From assembly GCA_903843045.1 (NCBI GenBank), contig CAIMOJ010000027.1, forward strand, positions 1 through 54,255: DNA of 54,255 nucleotides, given 5' to 3'. Shown here one piece after another: positions 20,901-28,729 of the stretch (position 1 is its first letter; each line of letters starts with the position of its first letter). The translations under genes were made by a program, and so were the position numbers. The stretch is from Candidatus Uhrbacteria bacterium. GTDB taxonomy: Bacteria > Patescibacteriota > Patescibacteriia > UBA9934 > GWF2-40-263. The notes below the pieces were generated by a model. It ran no database searches, had not been told where the DNA came from, and saw only the letters and a program-made list of their open reading frames with translations.

Positions 20901-21055
20901 TCCGCGCCGCTGTCCCCGGGCAGGTTCCAGAATTCGCCGGCGTACTCGCCGTCGGCGAGCGCCGCATGGCCGAGGAAGCTGCTGCCGAGAAGGAGGACTG
21001 CCATCAGCAGTCCTCCAAACGCAAGATCGCGGCCCGAACGCTGTCGTGTCTTCAT
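17933..21055 (-). CDS. Large secreted mosaic surface protein: PA14, GLUG repeats, LamG, Fn3-like and Parcubacteria-type C-terminal domain
   Basis: Signal peptide; FSVRSDDGARVYLD (PA14); repeated VGGLVG (GLUG); GYWKFNE/WHHVA/GQIDEVR (LamG); IRGASYSTVYFV...RRPFLNEATF tail. Confidence 0.8.
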   Translation of the reverse strand: MKTRQRSGRDLAFGGLLMAVLLLGSSFLGHAALADGEYAGEFWNLPGDSGAEPAFPVGEPDVTSLGADVNFNWDDGSPSGSINSDHFAARWTKTAAFDEGTYTFSVRSDDGARVYLDDELILDEWFDQGGGETFTTDVAVSAGDHDIKVEYYENGGGALIYFSYGATPPYPLAGDGTTDSPYVVATCEDLQRVDEYLDATFRLKSNIDCSATGISDGEDPNFDAALYNDGAGFDPIGNYEERFTGTFDGQGFVITGLYMDRNAYTLGLFSYVDEGANVQNFGMEDVDINDNDECDVGAIAGRNDGTITNVYSTGSVSGYCDVGGLVGGHNGSDTIQRSYSSATISGFSNVGGLVGNNYGGGNIVNDYATGDVNGTFSVGGLVGNNSGSVDRSYAVGHVTFADGGDGIGGLVGSNGGDVTNSFYDGETTDEGDNGVGTMKTTLEMTDASTFTSLETVGLDAPWDFSGVQNDDASTDDYWTIDPETNGGYPYFFWQRNATSDAEGSDMLGYWKFNEGEPGTCDGEADACDSVSEHHGTWSGPDGANETAVWSENVRDLSVSNPFSMDFDGTDDQVSTDLSFGDMTAFTLAGWIRPTADGDRIAFFGQNDTIEFGFEQNEGGNFMTCVTQNGGSASWHFDEDLFPLSEWHHVACVGNGESVRLYVDGEAVRTVFDHASGDYGDSPDDAFNIGASVWDPEGNNFSGQIDEVRAYDVALSPTAIFALSDRVPSVETYAATSVNKRDAMLNAEIMDVGSANVSEVGFQYGLTEDYTGSVSNESEYTAVQFSLGIESLSCHTTYHYRGYAVNEVDTSYGDDMTFRTDSCGSSSSGGGSTAVTEPDPETTDGSTVSGDTTDDAALVTETGETLPPGTPASATAPSPYDGETEPVDTVAPGDYIRGASYSTVYFVTEDFHRRPFLNEATFATYQDSFASVRVVTDATLPFLPVDALMLPKAGVTLVKVASTPETFLSTAPSVFAQHTTHWVPSEDTASALFGASWSDYVLDLPPTAFHWYVRGDDMTASDSSMVSLSTMKKRANLVIHE

Positions 21056-21121
21056 AGGTTGTAATCATGAATGATAATGCGTTCATTGTATCATAAAAAT
21101 CCACCGATCACTCGGTGGATT

Positions 21122-21814
21122 TTAGTCTCGCTTCAACGCCTTTATCTCGTCGTCCGTCAGCTCGCGCGTCTTTCCGAGCTGGAGCAATCCGAGGCGGACC
21201 GTTCCGACGCGGACGCGGGTGAGCTTCTGGACGGTGTAGCCGAACGCGTCGCACATGCGGCGGATGCGCTTGTTGTCGCCCTCGTTCTGGATGAGGGTGA
21301 ATCCGCGCTGGCTTTGGCGTCGGATGATCGCGGGCGGGGTTTTCTCGCCGTTGACGTCAACTCCCTCGGCCAGGCGCTGCAGGTGCGCGTCGGAAACGGC
21401 CTTGTCGAGCACAACCTCGTACTCGTGGTCGTTGGCATAGCGGGGATGCGTGAGCTTGAGGGCGAGGTCACCGTCGTTCGTAAACAGGAGGAGTCCGGCC
21501 GTATTGACGTCGAGACGTCCGATCGGAAACAGGCGGTCCTTCTTCGGTACGAGTTCCATCACGGACTTTTCCTTCAGCCTCCAGTCGGTGGTTACCTTTG
21601 CGCCGATAGGCTTGTTCATCATCAGATAGATCTTCTTCGGCGCGACGCGCTTGGCCTGGCCCACGATGCGCACGCGGTCGGTCTCCTCGGCCTTGTCGCC
21701 AAGTTCCGCGCGCTTTCCGTTAATAAAAACGGAGCCGGCGATAATGAGGGCATCCGCCTCGCGTCGGGAGCAATAGCCGTGGTCGGCAAGGTATTTGTTG
21801 ATGCGCGTTGCCAT
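21122..21814 (-). CDS. S4-domain rRNA pseudouridine synthase (RsuA/RluB/RluF family)
   Basis: RINKYLA...CSRREAD S4 domain, MNKPIG, PIGRLDVNTAGLLLFTNDG with catalytic Asp. Confidence 0.92.
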   Translation of the reverse strand: MATRINKYLADHGYCSRREADALIIAGSVFINGKRAELGDKAEETDRVRIVGQAKRVAPKKIYLMMNKPIGAKVTTDWRLKEKSVMELVPKKDRLFPIGRLDVNTAGLLLFTNDGDLALKLTHPRYANDHEYEVVLDKAVSDAHLQRLAEGVDVNGEKTPPAIIRRQSQRGFTLIQNEGDNKRIRRMCDAFGYTVQKLTRVRVGTVRLGLLQLGKTRELTDDEIKALKRD

Positions 21815-21840
21815 GAGGGGGAGGATAGCAGAGATCCGAC

Positions 21841-21875
21841 AAAAAAGCCACCCCTCGACGTTCGAGCTGGGTGGC
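21841..21875 (-). terminator. Intrinsic terminator of the Pro-rich gene
   Basis: A6 then GCCACCC...GGGTGGC with inner CTCGA/TCGAG. Confidence 0.7.
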
Positions 21876-21881
21876 AGGGGG

Positions 21882-23183
21882 TCAGTTGGCAGAGACGCCA
21901 GTGACCGTATAGCAGTACTTCTGCGGGCCGTCCGCGATCTTGGCCAGGGTGGTCACCGCGTAGGTGACGTCGCCGCAGGTGACCGCGTGGGTGCCGTTCG
22001 CGACCATCGGGAGACCGGTCGTCGGACTCACGTTGCCCCAGGCGCACTCGGCCTTGCAGGCGGGCTTCGGGCCCATCGACGAGACGACGAGCGAGTCGGG
22101 AAGCTTTGCCTTCTGGGGCGCGGGAGGCGCAGCGGCTGCGACGACCTTTGCCGCGACGACGGGCTTGGCGACCGCGGCCGGGGGCGCGGCGGACTTGGGA
22201 GCCGGGACGGTCGCGGCGACGGGGATCGGCTTGGCGACGGGGGCTGCGACGGTCGCGGCGGGCTTGGCAACCGTCGCGATCGGCGGCTCGTCGGCCTCGT
22301 AGCCGGTCGTCGGGTTCGGGTTGACCCGATCGACCGCGGAAGCCTTGGTCGGTTCCGGTGCGACGGGCAGGATCGGTCCGGTGACCGATTCCTGATCGAG
22401 CGCGTCCGCATCGTCTCCGGGTTCGTCCGGCGCGGTCGGCTTGGACAGCGCGACGATCTCGGCCGGAACGGGCGGCGGCTCGGCCGCGCGAACCTCGGCG
22501 GTAGTGACCTGCTGGATGTCATGGTCGGCCGTCGGCCTGTGCAGGCCAACAACGAGTAGGACGACCGCGACGCCGGCGATGCCCGCCAGGGCGAGGAGGG
22601 CGGGAACGAGCCGGGAGTTGTCCTCCGGCTTCGGGGGTACGGGGGAACTCGGGTTCGGGCTGGTCATGTTGATCTCCTTGGGTGCTGGGCCGCTTGGGCC
22701 GGCCAGGTCATTGTAGAGGGTCGTGTGTTTGCCTTGCGGCTGGGTTGGGGGAGGAATGATCGGCGTCTCCTCGGTCTCTTCGACCGGCTCGACCGCTGTC
22801 GGAACCTGGTCGTCATCCAGGGTCGGTCCGGGAAGAAGCCCTCGGATCTCATCGATCCCGTCGTCCTCGCCATCGTCCTGATCGACGGGCACGGGGACGA
22901 GGTAGTCGTATCCCGTGAACGTGAGATGGGTGGACGTCTCGACCGTCCCGGCGGACGGAAGGGCCGACGATCCGATCTGGTCCGCCGTGAACGTCGCCTT
23001 CCCAGGATCGGTCGGCGGATCGTCGTCGCTCTCCTCTGGCGGCGGGTCAGGGACGGCGACGAATTCCGGTTCCATCGGCGGAGGGTCCGGGAGCGTGATC
23101 GACCGTTCCGGGACAACGGGTTCTGTCACCGGCGGAGCGGGAGCGGCGTCCACTCGACGTTTCCCACGTGGTTTCTTGGCCAT
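21882..23183 (-). CDS. Pro/acidic-rich single-pass membrane protein with small Cys-containing C-terminal domain
   Basis: AAGGAGG SD 3 nt before ATG; central TM (ALLALAGIAGVAVVLLVVGL); TTGACG-N17-TATTGT promoter at 23266-23238. Confidence 0.7.
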   Translation of the reverse strand: MAKKPRGKRRVDAAPAPPVTEPVVPERSITLPDPPPMEPEFVAVPDPPPEESDDDPPTDPGKATFTADQIGSSALPSAGTVETSTHLTFTGYDYLVPVPVDQDDGEDDGIDEIRGLLPGPTLDDDQVPTAVEPVEETEETPIIPPPTQPQGKHTTLYNDLAGPSGPAPKEINMTSPNPSSPVPPKPEDNSRLVPALLALAGIAGVAVVLLVVGLHRPTADHDIQQVTTAEVRAAEPPPVPAEIVALSKPTAPDEPGDDADALDQESVTGPILPVAPEPTKASAVDRVNPNPTTGYEADEPPIATVAKPAATVAAPVAKPIPVAATVPAPKSAAPPAAVAKPVVAAKVVAAAAPPAPQKAKLPDSLVVSSMGPKPACKAECAWGNVSPTTGLPMVANGTHAVTCGDVTYAVTTLAKIADGPQKYCYTVTGVSAN

Positions 23184-23247
23184 TGGCCTCCTTTTGGTAA
23201 ATTTCCACCGGATGCGACAGGCATCCAGCGGATGTGGACAATACAAC

Positions 23248-23286
23248 AAAAAAGCCAGTTCGTCAAGCGACGGACCGGCTTTTTTG
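23248..23286. terminator. rplT terminator overlapping the -35/spacer of the next promoter
   Basis: AAAAAAGCC...CGTC-aagc-GACG...GGCTTTTTT. Confidence 0.65.
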
Positions 23287-23287
23287 T

Positions 23288-23635
23288 TTATTTCTTGACC
23301 TGGGCGACGATGGCCTCAAAGACGGCGGGGTGATCCTTGGCAATCGTCGAGAGGATCTTGCGATCGACTTCGACTCCGGCCTTGTGGACCGCGTCCATGA
23401 AACGGCTGTAGCTGAGGCCGAGCGGGCGTACCGCGGCGTTCAGCCGGACCTGCCAGAGCGAGCGCATCACGCGCTTCTTGGCGCGACGGTCGCGGAAGGC
23501 ATAGGCGCCGGCCTTGAGCTCGGCGGTACGGGCAAGCTTGATCTTGGATTTGCGACCCCACATCATGCCCTTCGTCTTCTTCAGAAGACTCTTGCGGCGC
23601 TTGTTGTGTTGTACGCCTCGTTTGACACGTGGCAT
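23288..23635 (-). CDS. rplT: 50S ribosomal protein L20
   Basis: MPRVKRG, AYAFRDRRAKKR, RSLWQVRLNAA, SYSRFM, DRKILS. Confidence 0.98.
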   Translation of the reverse strand: MPRVKRGVQHNKRRKSLLKKTKGMMWGRKSKIKLARTAELKAGAYAFRDRRAKKRVMRSLWQVRLNAAVRPLGLSYSRFMDAVHKAGVEVDRKILSTIAKDHPAVFEAIVAQVKK

Positions 23636-23642
23636 AGAATTC

Positions 23643-23843
23643 TTATTTAGTGCCCGGAATCAGGGTCTTAATGGCGCGGGTGTGGGCCGGGGAAAGCGAC
23701 TGGTCACGGCGCTTCTTGCGCGTGATCTTTCCCGAGACGCGGCTGTTGTAGTGGTTCTGGCCGCTGCGGCGCTTCAAAACCTTTCCCGTGGGACTGATCT
23801 TGACGCGCTTGGTGAGGGCCTTGTGAGGCTTGAGTTTGGGCAT
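23643..23843 (-). CDS. rpmI: 50S ribosomal protein L35
   Basis: MPKLKPHKALTKRVKISPTGK; between infC and rplT. Confidence 0.95.
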   Translation of the reverse strand: MPKLKPHKALTKRVKISPTGKVLKRRSGQNHYNSRVSGKITRKKRRDQSLSPAHTRAIKTLIPGTK

Positions 23844-23866
23844 ATTCGAAAATTTCTATCCGCCGG

Positions 23867-23895
23867 AGTGTACATTTTTCGTTAAATCCTGTCAA
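23867..23895 (-). promoter_or_regulatory. Internal promoter for rpmI-rplT
   Basis: TTGACA-N17-TACACT; the -35 contains the infC TGA stop. Confidence 0.65.
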
Positions 23896-24443
23896 CCTCG
23901 GGCCAGAACCATGGTAATCGTGCCTCCCATGACCTGGAGCGGAGCCTCGATTCGAATCGGGAAGTCGGCCTTCATCATCTCCACGAACTTGTTGACCACG
24001 GCCTTTGCCAGGTCCACATGGGCCTTTTCGCGGCCACGGAGGCGAAGCTCGATCTTGATCTTGTCGCCTCGCTCGAAGAATTTCTTGGCCTGCTGGCGTC
24101 GAATCTCCAAGTCACCGACCCCGATGCGCAGGGAAAGCCGAATTCCCTTGATTTCAACCTCGTGCGACTGAGCCTTCTGTTTGCGAACCTCCTTCTCCTT
24201 CTGGTACTTGAAGTGCCCGAAGTCCAGAATCTTGCACACAGGCGGCTCCGCCTTCGGTGAAACCTCCACCAAGTCGAGCTCGCGCGAGCGCGCCAGTTCC
24301 ATGGCCTGCGACGTAGGAATGACCCCAAGCTGCACGTCCTTGTCGTCGATCACCCGAATTTCCGGGTTGTCGATCTGCTCGTTGATCCGGAAGGTCGGAA
24401 TGTTGAGCTTCGGCTTCTGATGGCGGTGGCGATGAATGCGCAT
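23892..24443 (-). CDS. infC: Translation initiation factor IF-3
   Basis: RINEQI, LDLVEVSPKAEPPVCKILDFGHFKY, GDKIKI; ATG start with TTGCCT-N17-TACTAT just upstream. Confidence 0.96.
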   Translation of the reverse strand: MRIHRHRHQKPKLNIPTFRINEQIDNPEIRVIDDKDVQLGVIPTSQAMELARSRELDLVEVSPKAEPPVCKILDFGHFKYQKEKEVRKQKAQSHEVEIKGIRLSLRIGVGDLEIRRQQAKKFFERGDKIKIELRLRGREKAHVDLAKAVVNKFVEMMKADFPIRIEAPLQVMGGTITMVLARG

Positions 24444-24494
24444 AGTCAAGCAGGATAGTAGCGGACTTGGGCGGAAAAGGCAAGGGAAGGGGAC

Positions 24495-24528
24495 AAAAAT
24501 TCCCGCCGTTCCTAAGGGAAGGCGGGAA
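24495..24528 (-). terminator. Terminator of the 24532-25638 gene
   Basis: A5 then TTCCCGCC / GGCGGGAA stem. Confidence 0.6.
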
Positions 24529-24531
24529 GGG

Positions 24532-25638
24532 TCAGGGAAGCTCGGTTTCCCAGAGGCGGACCGGAGTGGCGACCATGTGGTCGTCGGACATTCCGTAGGA
24601 GGGGTCCTTCGGATCGACCGCCATCCAATTGACGAATTCTCCGCGGTTGCAGGTGCAAAGAATCGGCACTGCCGTATGCCAGGTGTCCGAGCGTCGGTGA
24701 CGTACCCATTGGGGACAGTCGACGTTCCGCCTGTCCTCGTCATCCGGTCGCGATCCGTAGATGAGCGAACGGAATCCACGGATCAGCTGGAGGGGAATGT
24801 GCGTTGTGCTGCCTCGGAGTCGCTCCCGGCCCGATTCGTCCTTGGGAGCCGATCCCATTTCGGCGACGCACAGAGTGGACTTCGGATATTGCGCCAAGGC
24901 GCACAGGACGCCGGCGTGGGCGAACATCGGGTCGGCTGGGACCAGGTTCGGCTCATAGCGGCCGGTGAATCGTCCCGTGGGCGCGATGTAGCGCGCGTCC
25001 GCGTACGCCCCGAAGTCGATCACCTCGATGCGCAGCTCTCCGTAGCGCGGGACGACCCCGCCCGAGTATCCGAATTGGAACACGGGGTTTTCGCTGTCGA
25101 GGATCTTCTCGGATTGGTCGCGCTCGAACCGATCGAACGCGCTCGCGTGCAGCGACGCTCTTCCGAGCTTCCGCGCATGCACGGGCGCGAGGTGCGGCTC
25201 GGTCACGGACGCGAGGCGCTTCGCGTGTTCGCTCTCGATGCGCGCGGCGGCGTAACGGGCGGTGTCGAGCGCCGTGTGGGCGTACGGGACGACCACGAGG
25301 CGCATGTTCCGGTTGTCCTCGCGCTCGTGCTCGAATCGCGCGACGCGGTCGCGAGCGTTGAGGAGCGCGAGGTCGAACGCCTTCGCGCCATCGACGATCT
25401 CGAGGATGTCGGGCCACGCGCGGACCATCTCCATGAGATCGACCAGCGGGTGTGTCCGCTCGACCGCGGCTTCCTGCGCCCAGGCGGATCGGCGCTGGTG
25501 TCGGACCGCGGCCTGGGAAATCTCGCGCAGAAACGCGGGGTCACTGAGTGACGCGCGCGCGATGGCGCCGTCGGCGTCGAGCTCGCGGGTCATATTCCAG
25601 AAATCGCTTCGTTCCTGCTCGGTTGCTTGCTTGGGCAT
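24532..25638 (-). CDS. Hypothetical protein (368 aa)
   Basis: GGAG SD, TTGACA(25712-07)-N17-TAGGAT(25689-84) promoter and own terminator; no domain recognised. Confidence 0.6.
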   Translation of the reverse strand: MPKQATEQERSDFWNMTRELDADGAIARASLSDPAFLREISQAAVRHQRRSAWAQEAAVERTHPLVDLMEMVRAWPDILEIVDGAKAFDLALLNARDRVARFEHEREDNRNMRLVVVPYAHTALDTARYAAARIESEHAKRLASVTEPHLAPVHARKLGRASLHASAFDRFERDQSEKILDSENPVFQFGYSGGVVPRYGELRIEVIDFGAYADARYIAPTGRFTGRYEPNLVPADPMFAHAGVLCALAQYPKSTLCVAEMGSAPKDESGRERLRGSTTHIPLQLIRGFRSLIYGSRPDDEDRRNVDCPQWVRHRRSDTWHTAVPILCTCNRGEFVNWMAVDPKDPSYGMSDDHMVATPVRLWETELP

Positions 25639-25780
25639 CTGCGTTCTCCAAAAAGGTCATTCGGCATGATTGCCGAAGTTCCGATCCTACGCCAAAATAG
25701 CCGAAATGTCAACCGTTGTGCGCGATGGTTTGTTTTCAAGCCAAACTCCCGAATTTCTTTGGATATGTTTGCCAGATCGC

Positions 25781-25809
25781 TTGACAAAAACCGAATTTCC
25801 TGATAGAAA
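25781..25809 (+). promoter_or_regulatory. Promoter of the dehydrogenase gene
   Basis: TTGACA-N17-TAGAAA with upstream TG. Confidence 0.55.
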
Positions 25810-25851
25810 CCCGGCATCGCGGACATTCTTTTCCCGCGATGGGAGATCTGC

Positions 25852-26883
25852 ATGCACCGTATCGTTTGTTTGCCCGGCGACGGGATCGGGCCGGAAGTGA
25901 TCGATCAGATGAAGCGCGTCGTCGCGGCGCTGGGCGTCACGGTCGAGTGGATCGACATGCCGGCGGGCGAGTCGGCGGTTGCGACGCACGGCCGTCCGCT
26001 CCCGCAGGAGACGCTCGACGCGATCCGCGAGTACAAGGTCGCGATCAAGGGGCCTACCACCACGCCGGGCGGCGGCGGGTTCAAGAGCGTGAACGTCACG
26101 CTGCGGCAGGCGCTCGACCTGTACTGCGGATTCCGCCCGGTGCGGTCGCTCCCGATCCCCGGGACGACGCAGGGCGTGGACCTGGTGATCTTTCGTCAGA
26201 ACACGGAGGGACTGTATCTCTGCGAAGAGACCATCAGCGGCGAGATCGGCTCGCGGAAGGTCGTGCTCACGGCGCACTTCAGCGAGGAGGCAATGCTGCA
26301 GCTTGCGGGACGCGCGTTCCGCTTCGCCAACGCGACCGGGCGCAACCACGTCACCGTCGTGAACAAGGAGAACATCCACAAGCTGTGGGGAAAAATGTAC
26401 CATGACGCGTTCAACGCGATCGCGGCCGACTACCCGGGCATTCTCGCCGACCACATGCTGGGCGACGCGATGGGGATGCGGCTGGTGATGACCCCGTCGT
26501 CGTACCAGGTGATGGCCATCGAGAACATGTTCGGCGATTTCATGTCCGACGTCTGCGCGGGGCTCATCGGCGGGCTCGGGGTCGCGGCCGGGGCGAACTA
26601 CGGTGATCACTTCGCGCTGTTCGAGGCCGTGCACGGCTCCGCTCCCGACATCGCGGGCAAGGGGATCGCGAACCCGACGGCGATCCTGCTCTCGAGTGCG
26701 CTCATGCTCGAGCACATCGGAAAGAACGCCGAGGCGAAGCGCCTGCGCGACGCGATCGACGCGATCTACTCCAAGGGCGAGTTCATCACCGGCGATCTCG
26801 CCAGGCGCTACCCGGGCATCACCCCGGTCGGCACGGAGGCGTTCACGGACGCCCTGATCCGCGAGATCCACTTCGCATCCTGA
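25852..26883 (+). CDS. Isocitrate/isopropylmalate dehydrogenase family, isocitrate-like
   Basis: PGDGIGPEV, IKGPTTTP, SVNVTLRQ, FRP, NTEGLY, NMFGDFMSD, FEAVHGSAPDIAGKGIANP. Confidence 0.9.
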   Translation: MHRIVCLPGDGIGPEVIDQMKRVVAALGVTVEWIDMPAGESAVATHGRPLPQETLDAIREYKVAIKGPTTTPGGGGFKSVNVTLRQALDLYCGFRPVRSLPIPGTTQGVDLVIFRQNTEGLYLCEETISGEIGSRKVVLTAHFSEEAMLQLAGRAFRFANATGRNHVTVVNKENIHKLWGKMYHDAFNAIAADYPGILADHMLGDAMGMRLVMTPSSYQVMAIENMFGDFMSDVCAGLIGGLGVAAGANYGDHFALFEAVHGSAPDIAGKGIANPTAILLSSALMLEHIGKNAEAKRLRDAIDAIYSKGEFITGDLARRYPGITPVGTEAFTDALIREIHFAS

Positions 26884-26908
26884 ACCCATCGCGGGTTCTC
26901 TTTTTTTT
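26882..26908 (+). terminator. Terminator of the dehydrogenase gene
   Basis: GAACCC / GGGTTC stem then T run. Confidence 0.7.
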
Positions 26909-26922
26909 GTCGAATGAGCAAT

Positions 26923-27006
26923 GGGTCACCGAGTGACCCCCTTGAAGACGCCCAGACGTTCTAAATATATTCGCCACGTTGTCATGTCCGGGTCTCTCGG
27001 TGACCC
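26923..27006. ncRNA. Candidate structured RNA between two terminators
   Basis: GGGTCACCGAG-t-GACCC pairs with GGGTC-t-CTCGGTGACCC; internal bubble and AT-rich loop; no family recognised. Confidence 0.35.
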
Positions 27007-27019
27007 TTTTGGGGCGGAC

Positions 27020-27047
27020 AAAAAAAGAACGCCGAGGCAAGGCGTTC
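27020..27047 (-). terminator. Terminator of the 27046-27498 gene
   Basis: A7 then GAACGCC / GGCGTTC. Confidence 0.7.
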
Positions 27048-27498
27048 AGGTCGGAAGGCGTCCGATGACGTGGAGGACAAGGCGTTCGCGGTCGCAGCCC
27101 ATGGAGACAATGTTTGGCGGGACGTCGCGCATCCAGGCGCCGAGGTCGTCGACGTCCGCGTCGAGAATCTCGAACAGGATCTTGCCGATCTCGAGTGCGC
27201 GGCCCGGAGGGGTGCGAAATCCGAGGAGCGCTGAGGCGAGCGACGCGAGGGACCCTTTGAGTTCTCCGTGCCCGCCGATCACATCGATCTGTCCCGTAAG
27301 AATTTTCATGCGAACGTTGGCGCGCTTGATCCCGGACCACGCACCGATTTCACGTCGCGCGGCCGCGACGAACAGGGTCGGGTCCGCGTGTCCGAACCCG
27401 GAGGCGATTGCCCCGAGCAGCGCGTCCTGTCCCTCGACGGACGCGACGAATGAGCGAATGCGGTCGGTATCGAATTCCGCTGGGGTCGTAAATGGCAT
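27046..27498 (-). CDS. Hypothetical protein (150 aa)
   Basis: Start chosen downstream of TTGACA(27548-43)-N17-TATCTT(27525-20); own terminator. Confidence 0.6.
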   Translation of the reverse strand: MPFTTPAEFDTDRIRSFVASVEGQDALLGAIASGFGHADPTLFVAAARREIGAWSGIKRANVRMKILTGQIDVIGGHGELKGSLASLASALLGFRTPPGRALEIGKILFEILDADVDDLGAWMRDVPPNIVSMGCDRERLVLHVIGRLPT

Positions 27499-27568
27499 TG
27501 AAAGAATCTCCGTGCGCGAAAGATAGTCGCGATCTGGCCGTTTGTCAACGCGGCTCACGCGACGATCG

Positions 27569-28636
27569 CTACGGCATCAGCTTGAGGACCAGCGGCGAGT
27601 TGAGCGCGGTCATCTGCTCGGGATGCGCCGCGACGTACGCGACCGCGTCCTCGTAGCGTTGCCACTGCTCGGCTTGCTCCACGTCGTTCTTCGGCTTCGT
27701 GGCGGAGCGGTCGTTCGCCAGCGAAAGATTGAACGGGGGAGACATGGGCTTGGTCCGGTCCGTGCCGTCGTAGTACACGGCGTCCCACGGTGTGCCGGTC
27801 GTATAGAAGTTGTCCTCGTGCCACTTGAGGTTCATAAACCTGAGGCCGGTGGTCGGGAGCTGCGCGATCGCGTCGTTGATCAGGTCCGCGCCGGCGTAGT
27901 GGCCCTTCTTCTCGTATGCCTTCACCTCAAGCGTCTCGGGACGCAGCCACAGGCCGCCTTCCTTCTCCCCGAGCTTGGTCTCGCGTCCGTGCAGCAGCGT
28001 CATCTGCGCGCCCATCCCCATGTAAATTTTTTCGACCGTCGCGGCCACGCCCGCGTTGCCGCCGATCGCTCCGGCCACCGTATACGGGGCGTATCCGATC
28101 CTGTCCTTGAGGAATTGGTATCCTCCCGGCGCGGAGGTCGGGGCGCCGGTCGTCAGGTCGATCGCGTGCGTCTCGTAGCTGGTCAGCAGCGCCGCGAGGT
28201 CGGTCGGCGACATCGCGTCCAATCCGCGCCAGTCGAACCCGAAGTAGTAGGGATAGGGCGGGCGGAGGTGGTAGGATACCGCGACGTCCTTCGAGGACGC
28301 GAGACGCTTGATCAGCTCGGGGGCCTTGGTCGCGTAAACCTGGACGACGGGGTCGTCGAGATAGACGTCGACGGGAACGTGGTACTTCTCATGGATGTCG
28401 ATCACTCGGCCGACGGTCGCGATGCTCTTGTCCGGGCTTGTCCAGTCGTGCACGTTCAGGATGAACGAGACGTACAGCGCGTCCTTGGGAACCGAGGGAG
28501 TCGGGGTTGTCGAGGGGGTCGAAGGGGTCGTCGGGGCGGATGCCTGGGGTTGCGGAGCGTGGCGCGCCGGCGTCGACGAGGCGCATCCGAAGCCGAGAAG
28601 GGCAATGGCGGCGAGAGACAGAATGAGTTTGCGCAT
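27569..28636 (-). CDS. Lipoprotein with polysaccharide-deacetylase-like (NodB-type) barrel
   Basis: Lipobox LLGFGC, P/T/S linker, LNVHDW...DIHEKYHVP...SYH pattern; family call is from motif resemblance only. Confidence 0.55.
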   Translation of the reverse strand: MRKLILSLAAIALLGFGCASSTPARHAPQPQASAPTTPSTPSTTPTPSVPKDALYVSFILNVHDWTSPDKSIATVGRVIDIHEKYHVPVDVYLDDPVVQVYATKAPELIKRLASSKDVAVSYHLRPPYPYYFGFDWRGLDAMSPTDLAALLTSYETHAIDLTTGAPTSAPGGYQFLKDRIGYAPYTVAGAIGGNAGVAATVEKIYMGMGAQMTLLHGRETKLGEKEGGLWLRPETLEVKAYEKKGHYAGADLINDAIAQLPTTGLRFMNLKWHEDNFYTTGTPWDAVYYDGTDRTKPMSPPFNLSLANDRSATKPKNDVEQAEQWQRYEDAVAYVAAHPEQMTALNSPLVLKLMP

Positions 28637-28691
28637 ACGATAATTTGATTCACCCATCGTATCAGCCCCCGACGTTTCGCCGAAGCCCCGT

Positions 28692-28720
28692 TTGTCAATG
28701 CGTCTCCGCGGATATATGAT
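28692..28720 (+). promoter_or_regulatory. smpB promoter, 9 nt before ATG
   Basis: TTGTCA-N17-TATGAT-N9-ATG. Confidence 0.7.
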
Positions 28721-28729
28721 GCGTCCGTT

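Noticed and set aside
24400-24460. Non-AUG start or L20 leader at infC
   Set aside because: An in-frame ATG follows a promoter by about 11 nt, leaving no room for a leader, and no AUU start is needed.
27041-27070. SRP RNA, from TCAGGTCGGAAGG resembling helix 8
   Set aside because: No AGCAG partner strand or long enclosing hairpin; the bases are a terminator arm and the last codons of a minus-strand gene.
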